A stretch of 64,000 nt of DNA from an uncultured delta proteobacterium (GTDB taxonomy: Bacteria; Desulfobacterota; Binatia; Bin18): assembly GCA_963733195.1 (NCBI GenBank), contig CAVTCR010000065.1, forward strand, positions 1 through 64,000, written 5' to 3'. Shown here piece after piece: positions 54,315 through 64,000 of this stretch. The first letter of the stretch is position 1. Each line of letters begins with the position of its first letter. Below the pieces are notes generated by a model that saw nothing but the letters and a program-made list of their open reading frames with translations, had not been told where the DNA came from and ran no database searches. Position numbers and translations under genes: made by a program.

Positions 54315-55019
54315 ATGCAGCTCGTCGTCCGAGATGTCTCTAAGCTTTTCAATGTGTCGGAAAAGACCATCTATCGATGGATCTCGCAGGGAGTGCTGCC
54401 TGCCTATCGTGTGAATGACCAGTATCGATTCAATCGGGCGGAACTCCTGGAGTGGGCGACCTCGCGGCGCATGAACGTCTCGCCAGACATTTTTGCCGAG
54501 CCAGAGAGTAGTGCGACACCCCTCCCTGGCTTGGTCGATGCCCTCCAAGCCGGTGGCATCTTTTACCGGATCGGCGGTACGGAGAAGGAGTCGGTCCTGC
54601 GTGCGGTGGTCGAGACTTTACGGCTGCCTGAAGAAGTCGATCGCGAGTTCTTGCTGCGAGTGCTGTTAGCCCGTGAAGCGTTAGAATCGACTGGCATCGG
54701 TGATGGGATTGCGATCCCCCACGTGCGCAATCCTGTCGTTCTGCATATAGCCCGGCCTATGATCACCTTATGTTTTCTCGATCATGCGGTCGATTTCGGT
54801 GCACTCGATGGGAAACCGGTCAGTATCGTCTTTTCCTTGATTAGTCCGACCGTCCGCGCCCATCTTCGCCTCTTGTCTCGGTTGTCATTTGCGCTGCAGG
54901 ATCCAGGTTTCAAGGCCGTGATCCATCGCCAGGGAGCCCGTGATGAGATCTTTGCGGAAGCGCACAGGGTCGAGGCGGGACTGAAATACGACCCGACAGC
55001 AACGGAGCGGAGAGGATAG
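54315..55019 (+). CDS. excisionase-type HTH + PTS EIIA(Ntr-like) fusion regulator
   Basis: VSEKTIYRW..LPAYRV..QYRF; RE...STGIGDGIAIPH; DGKPV. Confidence 0.9.
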   Translation: MQLVVRDVSKLFNVSEKTIYRWISQGVLPAYRVNDQYRFNRAELLEWATSRRMNVSPDIFAEPESSATPLPGLVDALQAGGIFYRIGGTEKESVLRAVVETLRLPEEVDREFLLRVLLAREALESTGIGDGIAIPHVRNPVVLHIARPMITLCFLDHAVDFGALDGKPVSIVFSLISPTVRAHLRLLSRLSFALQDPGFKAVIHRQGARDEIFAEAHRVEAGLKYDPTATERRG

Positions 55020-56993
55020 ATGACACTGGTGATCGTCGCCCTGATGGTCTTCGGCTTCGCTGGTGTTGGTTCCTTGTGTTGCGGAGCCTCGGCACGGTGG
55101 GCAACGATGGTGGGGGCCGGTGGTGCGATCGTCGGCAGTATACTGGGGCTCATCCCTGTCGTGCCCGTTCTGCTTGGCGCGTCTCCTCTTTTTTTGCACC
55201 TGCCGTGGGAGGTGCCGTATGGCTCCTTCATGATTGCGCTTGATGCGCTGTCTGCGTTTTTCTTGCTGCCGATTTTCATCCTGTCCGGTGTCGCCGCGCT
55301 CTATGGCAGTGAGTATCTCCAAATCTACTGGGAGCGGAAATCCCTCGGCTCCTCGTGGTTCTTCTTCAACCTTCTGGTCGCCAGTATGACGTTGGTGGTC
55401 ATTGCGCGGAATGGCGTCTTGTTTCTGGTGGCCTGGGAAGTGATGGCGCTCGCCTCTTTCTTCTTGGTGACATTTGAAGATGAACACGAACAGGTGCGCG
55501 AAGCTGGTTGGGTCTATCTCGTGGCGACCCATCTCGGCACGGCTTTTCTGCTCGTCCTCTTCGTTCTGCTCGGCCATGAGCATGGTTCGCTTGATTTCGA
55601 CCAGTTCACCGCATCCGCTGGCGCGGATGCGGTGTTTCTCCTTGCGGTGATTGGTTTTGGCGCTAAGGCGGGCTTTATGCCGCTCCATGTGTGGCTGCCA
55701 GAGGCGCATCCCGCGGCGCCGACCCACGTCTCTGCGTTGATGTCCGGTGTCATGATCAAGACGGGCATTTATGGGCTTGTCCGTATACTCACCTTCCTCG
55801 GACCACCGCCGTTGTGGTGGGGATGGGTGCTCTGCGGCATTGGTCTCTCATCGGGCGTCCTTGGTGTGCTGTACGCGCTAGCCCAACATGACCTCAAGCG
55901 TTTGCTGGCGTACCATAGCGTGGAAAACATCGGCATTATCGCGCTAGGTCTTGGGGTAGGGCTTATTGGTCTTAGCAGTGGATCTTCTACCCTGGCGGTG
56001 CTTGGGTTCGCCGGTGGATTGCTCCACGTGCTGAATCACGCCTTGTTTAAGGGACTCCTCTTCCTGGGCGCCGGCGCAGTTATGCATGGTGCAGGTACGC
56101 GGGAGATTGACCATCTCGGTGGTCTCCTCAAACGGATGCCCTGGACAGGGTTGTCCTTCCTTATCGGTGCGGTTGCCATCTCAGGATTGCCGCCGCTCAA
56201 CGGGTTCGTGAGCGAGTTGCTCATCTATGTCAGCGCCTTTCAGGGGGCAACCACACTTGAGAACACAGCGGCTGTTCCTGCGCTTGCAGTGATCGCGGGA
56301 CTCGCTCTTATTGGAGGTCTCGCTGCCGCCTGTTTTGCCAAAGCCTTTGGCATCGTCTTTCTTGGCGAGCCTCGCAGTGACCACGCCGCGCACGCCCACG
56401 AGGCTGGCATGGCTGTACGACTGTCGTTGTTGGTGCTCGCGGCGAGTTGTGTGCTGATTGGGCTCTGTGCGCCGTGGGTCGTAGAGGCGCTGGCTCCCGC
56501 GCTCACGAACGCAACCGGTCTGCCGGCAGACAGTGTGAATACCTTACTGATGTCTGTGCGCAGCACTTTCTCCGCGACTGTCTTAGCCAGCCTAGTGCTG
56601 CTGGTGTTGCTGGCGCTGCTGGCCAGCCTCCGTCACCGCTTGCTCGTGCGACGATCGGTAGAGGAGCACGTCACCTGGGATTGCGGGTATGCTCGTCCCA
56701 CCTCGCGTATGCAGTACACGGCGTCGTCTTTTGCCCAACCGTTGACGAGCCTGTTCCGTTTTTTGCTCCGCACGCGTTTCCATCACGTCATGATGCCAGG
56801 TCTGTTTCCGCGCGCGGCGTCCCTGACGACGGAGACGGAGGATCTCTCGCGCGTACGTCTGTACCAGCCGCTGTTCATCAGTATTGGGCGCGGTCTGTCC
56901 TCGTTGCGGTGGGTACAACATGGACAAGTACATCTGTACGTGTTGTACATCGCGCTCACCCTTCTCGTGCTGTTGGTGTGGAAATTAGGCTGA
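55020..56993 (+). CDS. hyfB: Ehr/hydrogenase-4 antiporter-like membrane subunit (HyfB-like)
   Basis: WLPEAHPAAP, KRLLAYHSVEN, NHALFK, LPPLNGF, WDCGY. Confidence 0.88.
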   Translation: MTLVIVALMVFGFAGVGSLCCGASARWATMVGAGGAIVGSILGLIPVVPVLLGASPLFLHLPWEVPYGSFMIALDALSAFFLLPIFILSGVAALYGSEYLQIYWERKSLGSSWFFFNLLVASMTLVVIARNGVLFLVAWEVMALASFFLVTFEDEHEQVREAGWVYLVATHLGTAFLLVLFVLLGHEHGSLDFDQFTASAGADAVFLLAVIGFGAKAGFMPLHVWLPEAHPAAPTHVSALMSGVMIKTGIYGLVRILTFLGPPPLWWGWVLCGIGLSSGVLGVLYALAQHDLKRLLAYHSVENIGIIALGLGVGLIGLSSGSSTLAVLGFAGGLLHVLNHALFKGLLFLGAGAVMHGAGTREIDHLGGLLKRMPWTGLSFLIGAVAISGLPPLNGFVSELLIYVSAFQGATTLENTAAVPALAVIAGLALIGGLAAACFAKAFGIVFLGEPRSDHAAHAHEAGMAVRLSLLVLAASCVLIGLCAPWVVEALAPALTNATGLPADSVNTLLMSVRSTFSATVLASLVLLVLLALLASLRHRLLVRRSVEEHVTWDCGYARPTSRMQYTASSFAQPLTSLFRFLLRTRFHHVMMPGLFPRAASLTTETEDLSRVRLYQPLFISIGRGLSSLRWVQHGQVHLYVLYIALTLLVLLVWKLG

Positions 56994-56997
56994 CGCC

Positions 56998-57909
56998 ATG
57001 TTAATTGCACGACTTCTCCTTCCACTGCTCGCCCTTGTCTTTGCTCCACTGTTGCTGGGAATTATCAGTCGCACGAAGGCGGTCGTTGCTGGCCGTGTAG
57101 GACAACCGCTCCTGCAACCGTATTACGATATATGGAAGCTCTTACAGAAAGGCGCGGTGTACAGCAGTACGACCACCTGGGTGTTCCGTGCGGGACCGAT
57201 GGTCGGCTTGAGCACCATTCTAGTGGCGCTGGCGCTTCTCCCATTCGGTGGGATCCCAGCGCTCCTTGCATTTCCTGGAGATCTCGTCTTGTTTGCCTAC
57301 CTGCTTGGGCTCATGCGCTTTTTCACTGTTCTGGCGGCGCTGGATACCGGCTCCAGTTTCGAGGGTATGGGGGCAAGCCGAGAAGTGACCTTCTCGGCAC
57401 TAGCTGAGCCTGCTCTCTTCTTAGGACTCGCGGCACTCGCACGACAGACCGGAACCTTTTCCCTGTCATCGATGTTTGAGAACGTCACGATCGAAAGCTG
57501 GGCGCAGGCTGGTCCGGCGTTCGTCTTGCTCGCGGCGGCATTCTTGATGGTGTTCTTGACCGAGAATGCGCGCATTCCGGTTGATGATCCAACCACACAT
57601 CTGGAACTCACTATGATCCACGAAGTGATGGTATTAGATCATAGCGGCCCGGACTTTGCCTTCATTCTGTACAGTAGCGCGTTGAAACTGTGGCTACTGG
57701 GAACACTCGTAGTGAGCATTCTTGTGCCTGTGCACCAGAGTGCGGTGTGGCTAAACATTGCCGCGGCGCTGGCAGGAATGGTCGGACTTGCCGTGCTCAC
57801 TGGTCTCATTGAGTCGGCAATGGCGCGGCTGCGACTGCTCCATGTCCCACAACTGCTGGTTGGCGCGAGTGTGCTTGCGATCTTAGCGCTCGTGCTGGTC
57901 TTGAGGTGA
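56998..57909 (+). CDS. hyfC: Ehr/hydrogenase-4 NuoH-like membrane subunit (HyfC-like)
   Basis: LLQPYYD, ENARIPVDDPTTHLELTMIHE. Confidence 0.88.
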   Translation: MLIARLLLPLLALVFAPLLLGIISRTKAVVAGRVGQPLLQPYYDIWKLLQKGAVYSSTTTWVFRAGPMVGLSTILVALALLPFGGIPALLAFPGDLVLFAYLLGLMRFFTVLAALDTGSSFEGMGASREVTFSALAEPALFLGLAALARQTGTFSLSSMFENVTIESWAQAGPAFVLLAAAFLMVFLTENARIPVDDPTTHLELTMIHEVMVLDHSGPDFAFILYSSALKLWLLGTLVVSILVPVHQSAVWLNIAAALAGMVGLAVLTGLIESAMARLRLLHVPQLLVGASVLAILALVLVLR

Positions 57910-57913
57910 TCGG

Positions 57914-58558
57914 GTGCTACTCGGGATTGATGCAATTCTGGTCGTTGTTGTCTTGACAAACTTACTGGTGCTGGGCTCCAGTCGCTTAGCAACCTGCATC
58001 CGCAGCGTGGCCCTCCAGGGTGTCCTGCTCGGGGTGATGACGTTCGTGGCGCACGACAGCGCCTCTCCGCTGCGGACCACCATCTTGGCGATCGCGAGTA
58101 TCAGCATAAAGGGCATTGCCTTCCCGGCGTTGTTATTTCGTGCACTTCGCGAGGCGGAAATCCGGCGAGAGATTGAACCGTACGTGGGTTACAATCTCTC
58201 CATTCTCATTGGCTTGGCGATGTTGCTGTTCTCGCTGTGGCTGAGTGAGCGGCTGCCGTTGCCGCAGGTGCCTATCTCGTCCCTGATTGTTCCAGTTGCC
58301 CTGTGTACGAGTTTGATCGGCCTCTTCGTCATTATCAGCCGGAAAAAAGCGATCACCCAGGTCCTGGGCTATCTCGTGCTTGAGAATGGCATCTATGCCT
58401 TTGGCGTCGGTGTGGTGCCGCACTCTCCGCTGTTGGTCGAACTCGGTGTGCTCCTTGATGTTTTTGTCGCCGTTTTCGTTATGGGGATCACGATTTTCCA
58501 CATCAGCCGACAGTTCGACCACATCGATACCGACCGGATGGTACTCCTCAAGGATTGA
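57914..58558 (+). CDS. hyfE: Ehr/hydrogenase-4 membrane subunit (HyfE-like)
   Basis: QVLGYLVLENGI, VELGVLLD. Confidence 0.88.
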   Translation: MLLGIDAILVVVVLTNLLVLGSSRLATCIRSVALQGVLLGVMTFVAHDSASPLRTTILAIASISIKGIAFPALLFRALREAEIRREIEPYVGYNLSILIGLAMLLFSLWLSERLPLPQVPISSLIVPVALCTSLIGLFVIISRKKAITQVLGYLVLENGIYAFGVGVVPHSPLLVELGVLLDVFVAVFVMGITIFHISRQFDHIDTDRMVLLKD

Positions 58559-60036
58559 CTGCTATGTTGCTTGGGCTTTTACTTACTCCTACTGTCGCTG
58601 GCCTCCTCGCCTTCGCCATTCGCCCCGATGGGCTGCGCCGTGGGCTGCTCTTCATCACGGCGTTGTTGCACACCGGCCTTCTTATCGCGGCCTGGATGAC
58701 ACCGCCAGCACCACTGTTGGGTGGGTGGTTGTGGCTCGATGCCGTCGGTCGAGTGTTCCTTGGTATTACGAGTGTCTTGTTCTTCACGGTCGCAGTGTAC
58801 GGACTGTCCTATCTGCAACGCGAGCATCAAACGACCCATGCGGACTTTGAAGAAGGGTTTCTTTTTGTTGACGCACCAGAGGCGCGCTTCACTGGGTGTT
58901 TGCTGCTCTTCCTGGCAGCTATGACCTTAGTCACAGTGAGTCAACACTTCGGCATTCTCTGGGTTGCCATTGAAGCGACGACGCTGGCGAGCGCGCCGCT
59001 GATTTTCTTTCATCGCCATCATCGGTCGCTGGAGGCGACGTGGAAATATCTGCTGATCTGTTCTGTGGGGATCGCGCTGGCGCTGCTCGGCACCTTTTTT
59101 CTCGCCATCGCCGCGACGCAAGCTGACGGATCGATGTTACCTCTTGCCGTTCCTACGCTGGTACAGGAAGCTGCGCGGCTCCACGATACCTGGTTGGCAG
59201 CCGCGTTTTTGCTCTTGCTGGTCGGCTATGGCACCAAGATGGGTCTTGCGCCGCTACACACCTGGTTGCCAGACGCCCATAGTGAAGCACCCTCGCATGG
59301 TCTCGGCACTGCTCTCTGGCACGCTCTTGAACTGTGCCTTTCTGGGTCTCTTCCGGGTACAGCAGGTGTGCGCTGCTGCTGGCGCTGCTGCATTTGGTCA
59401 AGAACTCTTCATCGGATTTGGTCTACTGTCGATGGCTCGTCGCCGCCGTATTTCTCCAAGGACAAACGGACTATAAACGGTTACTGGCCTACTCAAGTGT
59501 GGAACATATGGGGATCTTGGCATTGGGTGTTGGTCTCGGCGGTAGTGGGACGTTTGGGGCGTTGCTGCACGCCGTTAATCACTCATTAACCAAAGCGATG
59601 CTCTTTCTGGTGGCAGGGAATATTTTGACAGCCTATAAGTCAAAGTCGACGGCTGACGTCCGTGGGGTACTGCGGGTATTACCCATCTCCGGCGTGTTGT
59701 GGGTCGCTGGGTTTCTCGCCATTACTGGCTCGCCTCCCTTCGGTCCATTCCTCAGCGAGTTCACCATCCTGAAAGCCGCATTGGATCAAGGACGAAATGG
59801 GGTCGCGTTCGTCTATCTGCTTCTCTTAGCTGCAATTTTCGTCGGTATGGCCTCGGCAGTGCTCGGGATGGCCCAGGGAACTCCTGGGACAACTGCGGTC
59901 ACGATCAGGTTACTCTGAGTCAGCGCTGACCATCGTGTCACCCGCTGTTTTGGGAACTCTCGTTCTTATTCTTGGACTCTATCTCCCACCACCGTTACGA
60001 GAGACCCTTGAAGAGGCGGCCCGAATGTTGAGGTAA
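58555..60036 (+). CDS. hyfF: Ehr/hydrogenase-4 antiporter-like subunit (HyfF-like; frameshifts)
   Basis: EATTLASAPL, GYGTKMGLAPLHTWLPDAHSEAP, KRLLAYSSVEHMG. Confidence 0.85.
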
Positions 60037-61558
60037 TGAGTATGGTATCCACACGTGAGATGCGGCCAAATGAACTCATTCCTCTGCGAGAGGTTCCACT
60101 CCTCACCATGAGTGAATTCCGTACAACAGTGCTTACTGGTGTGGCGGCTGGTGCCCGGCTGGCTGCGCTCTTCGGGCGACCGCTCGAACGTGACACGGTG
60201 CAACTCATGGCGGTGCTTGCGGACGGGCATACTGGCAGTTTGGCTGTGTTCGCAACGGTCGTAGGTGATGCCTATCCTGCGCTGACGCCAGAGTGTCCGC
60301 AGGCGCACTGGTTTGAACGGGAAATCGCCGAACAGTGGGGGGTGCGACCAGAAGGACATCCGTGGCTCAAACCGATCCGTTTTCATAGATCATATCGGCC
60401 TGGCATGAGGTCTGGCCTGAAAGGAGATGGAACGCAGTTACCAAGTGTCACCGATTTTTTCCAGGTGCAAGGTGAAGAGGTGCATGAAGTTGCGTCGGCC
60501 CGGTGCATGCTGGCATTATCGAACCCGGTCATTTTCGCTTTCAGTGTCACGGCGAGCAAGTGTTCCACCTGGAAATCTCCCTTGGCTATCAACATCGTGG
60601 GGTAGAACGGGTGCTGGTCGGTGGACCAGGAAAACGCACGATCCACCACATGGAAACCCTGGCGGGTGATACCTCGGTCGGTCATGCTACTGCATACTGC
60701 CAAGTTACTTGAGACATTTGCGCGATGCTCGTGTGCCCGCCCGCGCCCAAGCATTGCGAGGGATCGCGCTAGAACTGGAACGGCTCGCCAATCACACCGG
60801 TGATCTGGGCGCACTGGCGGGCGATGTTGGGTATCTGCCAACGGCTTCCTACTGTGGCCGCATTCGTGGCGACTTTCTCAATATGACGGCACTCATCTGT
60901 GGGAGTCGTTTTGGACGAGGCCTCATCCGACCAGGTGGGGTCGGGTTCGATGTCGACGGGCACGTGTCGACCAGTTACTGAGTCCGTCTGGAAAGCGCAT
61001 TCGATGATGTCACGAACGCCGTCAACTTGCTGTGGGACACGTCCTCTGTGCAGGCGCGGTTTGCGGAGACCGGGGTCATCACTCGTGACAACTGCGAGGC
61101 GTTTGGACTCGTGGGACCCGCAGCCCGAGCCTGTGGCGTGGAACGAGATGCGCGTCATGAATTCCCCGCGGGTATCTTTCAGTTTGCCCACATCCCGGTC
61201 TCCACGTGGCATAGTGGCGATGTCTTCGCCCGCGCCTATGTGCGGTGGTTGGAAATCCAGCGTTCCATTGCTTTTGTCGGTGAACAACTGTCGGCGCTAC
61301 CTGACGGACCGTGTCGGACTACGCCTGAGGGACTCGCTCCGGACCATCTTGTTGTCTCCTTGGTCGAAGGCTGGCGCGGGGAAATCTGCCATGTCGCAGG
61401 AACGGATAGCTGAGGGGCGTTTTGCCTTCTATAAAGTCATCGATCCCTCGTTTCACAATTGGATGGGGCTGGCGATGGCGCTGCGCAATCAGCAGATTTC
61501 GGATTTTCCGTTGTGTAACAAGAGTTTCAATCTATCCTATTGCGGACACGATTTATAA
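60036..61558 (+). CDS. Ehr large subunit (NuoC+NuoD/HyfG-like) lacking NiFe-binding CxxC motifs (frameshifts)
   Basis: HAGIIEPGHFRF, GYQHRG, ETLAGD in place of RxCGxC; C-terminal DFPLCNKSFNLSYCGHDL. Confidence 0.88.
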
Positions 61559-61570
61559 GGCACCGTTTTT

Positions 61571-62378
61571 ATGTTGAACCTCCTCCGTGCGCGCTCCAGC
61601 AAGGACATCGACACTATCGATATCCACGAGCACTCACGGGTACTGCCGGACCGGTTTCGTGGCCGGCCAGAGATCGATGCGACGCTGCGTGCTCAGGAGT
61701 GCCGCGTGTGTGTGGACGCCTGTCCGACTGACGCGATCGACACGAGACACACATGGATGGCGGCTGGATCTGGGGCGCTGTCTATTCTGCACGGACATGT
61801 GAAGAGGCGTGCCCGACCGACGCCATTCATTTCACCCAGGATCATCGACTGGGCACGAGAACACGGGATGATCCTGATTATGCGCACTTCTGCGCTCCCG
61901 CTGGCGCAAGCGCTTGAGGAGACAGACGCGTCGCCTGTTTGGTCGCTCGCTCAAGCTGCGCCAAGTCAGCGCTGGCGGCTGCAACGCCTGCGAGGCGGAT
62001 GTCAATGTGCTCAATACGGTGGTGTTCGATCTGGGGCGCTTCGGCATCCAGTTTGTGGCTTCTCCTCGGCACGCTGATGGATTGCTGATCACGGGACCCG
62101 TGACCGAAAATATGCGCCTCGCCCTGCAGAAGACGTACGATGCGGTTCCTGCGCCGAAGATCGTCATTGCGGTGGGTGCTTGCGCTATTTCCGGTGGTCC
62201 GTTTCGTGATCATCCGGAAGTCCACAACGGAGCTGACGCGGTGGTCCCGGTCGATCTGTACGTGCCCGGCTGTCCACCGCATCCAGTCACGATTCTCGAT
62301 GCGCTCTTACGACTACTGGGAAGAATACCCAACGAGCGTCTGCCCTTCGGCGCCGTAACGGGGAGAATCCATGAGTGA
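61571..62378 (+). CDS. Ehr small subunit, 4Fe-4S ferredoxin + NuoB/HyfI-like fusion (frameshifts)
   Basis: CRVCVDACP, DLGRCLFC, SAGGCNACE, ASPRHAD, GACAISGG, PGCPPHP. Confidence 0.85.
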
Positions 62379-63431
62379 TGACGAAATGCGCGGTGCACAG
62401 AAACCTCGGCATAGTGACGTTCGATCAGTGAGCCGTTCCCGACCGGCGTACTCGCCTTCGGTGGGGCGGTCATTCGCTCGACCCTCATGCGTGAAGTGCT
62501 CGACCTTGTAGTGCGCATCGCGCCGTCAGACGCGAGCGTCTTGCTGACCGGGGAAAGCGGCGTAGGGAAAGAGGTGGTCGCGCGGGCGATTCATCAACTG
62601 AGTCCACGGGCGTCCCACGAGTTTGTCGCCATCAACTGCGCCTCGCTCTCGGGGGAAACCTTGGAGAACGAACTTTTCGGCCATGAAAAAGGAGCGTTTA
62701 CCAGCGCCGATGAGCGGAAGGTCGGCGTGTTTGAACTGGCCGACAGCGGCACGCTCTTTCTTGATGAAGTCAATGAGATGGGGGCTGCCTGTCAGGCAAA
62801 AGTGCTGCGAGCCCTAGAGCGGCGAGAATTTCGCCGCCTAGGCGGCACCCGGAAAATCAAAGTCGACGTGCGCCTCGTGACCGCCGCCAATGTGGACTTA
62901 CACGAGGCGGTGCGGACGCGCCGGTTTCGCGAAGATCTCTTCTATCGGCTGAACGTAGTGCATATCCACATTCCCCCGTTGCGCGAACGGCGGGAGGCAA
63001 TCGCGCTCATGACGCAGCAGTTTCTGCAGGAATTCTGCGAGAAATATCACAAGCGGGGACGTCACTTCACGGACGACGTCGTAGAACGCTTCGTCCAATA
63101 CCCCTGGCCAGGCAACGTGCGCGAGTTGCGCAATGTGATCGAGAGTCTGGTGCTCACCACGCGCGGGGAGCAGATTGGGCCCAAAGATCTGCCTGCGAAT
63201 ATTCGCGCGGTGGCGCCGTCGCGCGAAATCCACCTGCCGATTGGGGTGACGCTCCAAGATGCTGAGAAGGAAATTTTGCGCTGTTATCTTGAGATCTATC
63301 CCACGCGGAAGGAAGTGGCGCGGGTGCTCAATATTGGCCTGCGCACTTTGCACGCCAAGATCAAAGCCTATGGCCTTCCTCTCCGCCGCGCTGGTAACGA
63401 AGCATCCTCACGTGCCAAATCGGCACGTTGA
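62371..63431 (+). CDS. sigma54-dependent activator without N-terminal sensory domain (start uncertain: 62371 with frameshift, or 62487)
   Basis: [35 protein letters not shown]-terminal HTH. Confidence 0.88.
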
Positions 63432-63511
63432 ACGGCTCCTATTTCTACAAAACGTGCCAAATCGGCATGTTTTTACAAGTACTGAAAGGCAAACCTGCCA
63501 TTTTGGCACAT
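63410..63511. promoter_or_regulatory. three phased palindromic enhancer (UAS) sites TGCC-N5-GGCA
   Basis: cores start at 63413, 63455 and 63496 (42 and 41 bp spacing); the first two are ACGTGCCAAATCGGCAYGT. Confidence 0.75.
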
Positions 63512-63594
63512 TGTTGGCCTCAGCTCAGCGGCAGCGCCGATAGCGAGCGGCTAACCGAATAAACTTTTCGCAGCATTGTCATATCCTGACCGCA

Positions 63595-63610
63595 CGGCAT
63601 TTCTTTTGCT
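63595..63610 (+). promoter_or_regulatory. sigma54 (-24/-12) promoter
   Basis: CGGCAT-TTCTT-TTGCT with GG-N10-GC spacing, about 85-180 bp downstream of the UAS sites. Confidence 0.7.
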
Positions 63611-63620
63611 CTACCCATTA

Positions 63621-63831
63621 CCCATGAGTGAGGACGGCGACGAATCGCATCGGTATCGTGGCAAGGAGGGGGCTCAGCGTCGGTTCCTGTTCTCCTGTAA
63701 TGAGTGACGAACGCCGAAAACACGCTGAGAGGCATCCCTGGACTGCATCGCCATACTGATAGTAGAGGCAGAAGGGATGAGGGTACGATGCCGATCGGAT
63801 TCTACTGTGGGTGCTGTCCTCACAAGATGGG
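63621..63831 (+). ncRNA. candidate structured RNA or leader (three-way junction)
   Basis: manual pairing of nested helices from CCCAT (63621) to ATGGG (63831); 5' end coincides with the predicted sigma54 +1. Confidence 0.55.
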
Positions 63832-64000
63832 AGCAGGTGGGTACAGCTAGTTCGCTCGGTCTCCCTCGCGGTACCTGCCACCCCCTACCCACTCGTGCAG
63901 GAGAGACAACGCCCCGTCTTCTCTGGGACAGGGTGCCAGGAGGAGAGGGTCCGACGGCAGGTGAAGATGCGCATTGCAGAAACGAGTGACCATGCCACGA

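Noticed and set aside
60036-61558. Functional group 4 NiFe hydrogenase or formate hydrogenlyase
   Set aside because: Both metal-binding CxxC motifs are absent
63621-63831. 6S RNA or c-di-AMP (ydaO) riboswitch
   Set aside because: Overall shape is loosely 6S-like, but I could not find the conserved sequence motifs of either family

Overview
Bacterial chromosomal window. The gene repertoire (AAA/TPR adenylate cyclase, LLM oxidoreductases, ExeA paralogues, Ehr complex, class III PHA synthase) suggests a soil deltaproteobacterium-like lineage, possibly Binatia; this is an inference. Many genes carry single-base indels that look like unpolished long-read errors. The core block is argG-argH-lipoprotein-dapF-dapA-dapB (34.8-41.3 kb). 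Main discoveries: (1) An unannotated integrase-less integron cassette array on the minus strand (about 25.2-34.4 kb), with five full attC sites, one half site and an attI-like site. One 3.0 kb cassette carries a lanthanide-type (D-Y-D) XoxF-like PQQ dehydrogenase plus a probable di-haem cytochrome c. (2) An Ehr (NiFe-less hydrogenase-4-like) operon bracketed by an HTH-EIIA regulator and a sensor-less sigma54 activator. It is followed by three phased enhancer palindromes, a sigma54 promoter, and a roughly 210-nt three-way-junction RNA that starts at the predicted +1. (3) A decayed island of about 7.4 kb integrated in the 3' end of an enoyl-CoA hydratase gene, carrying katG between IS66 remnants. 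(4) REP and heptamer repeats that have invaded coding sequences. All calls were made by eye, with no database searches.
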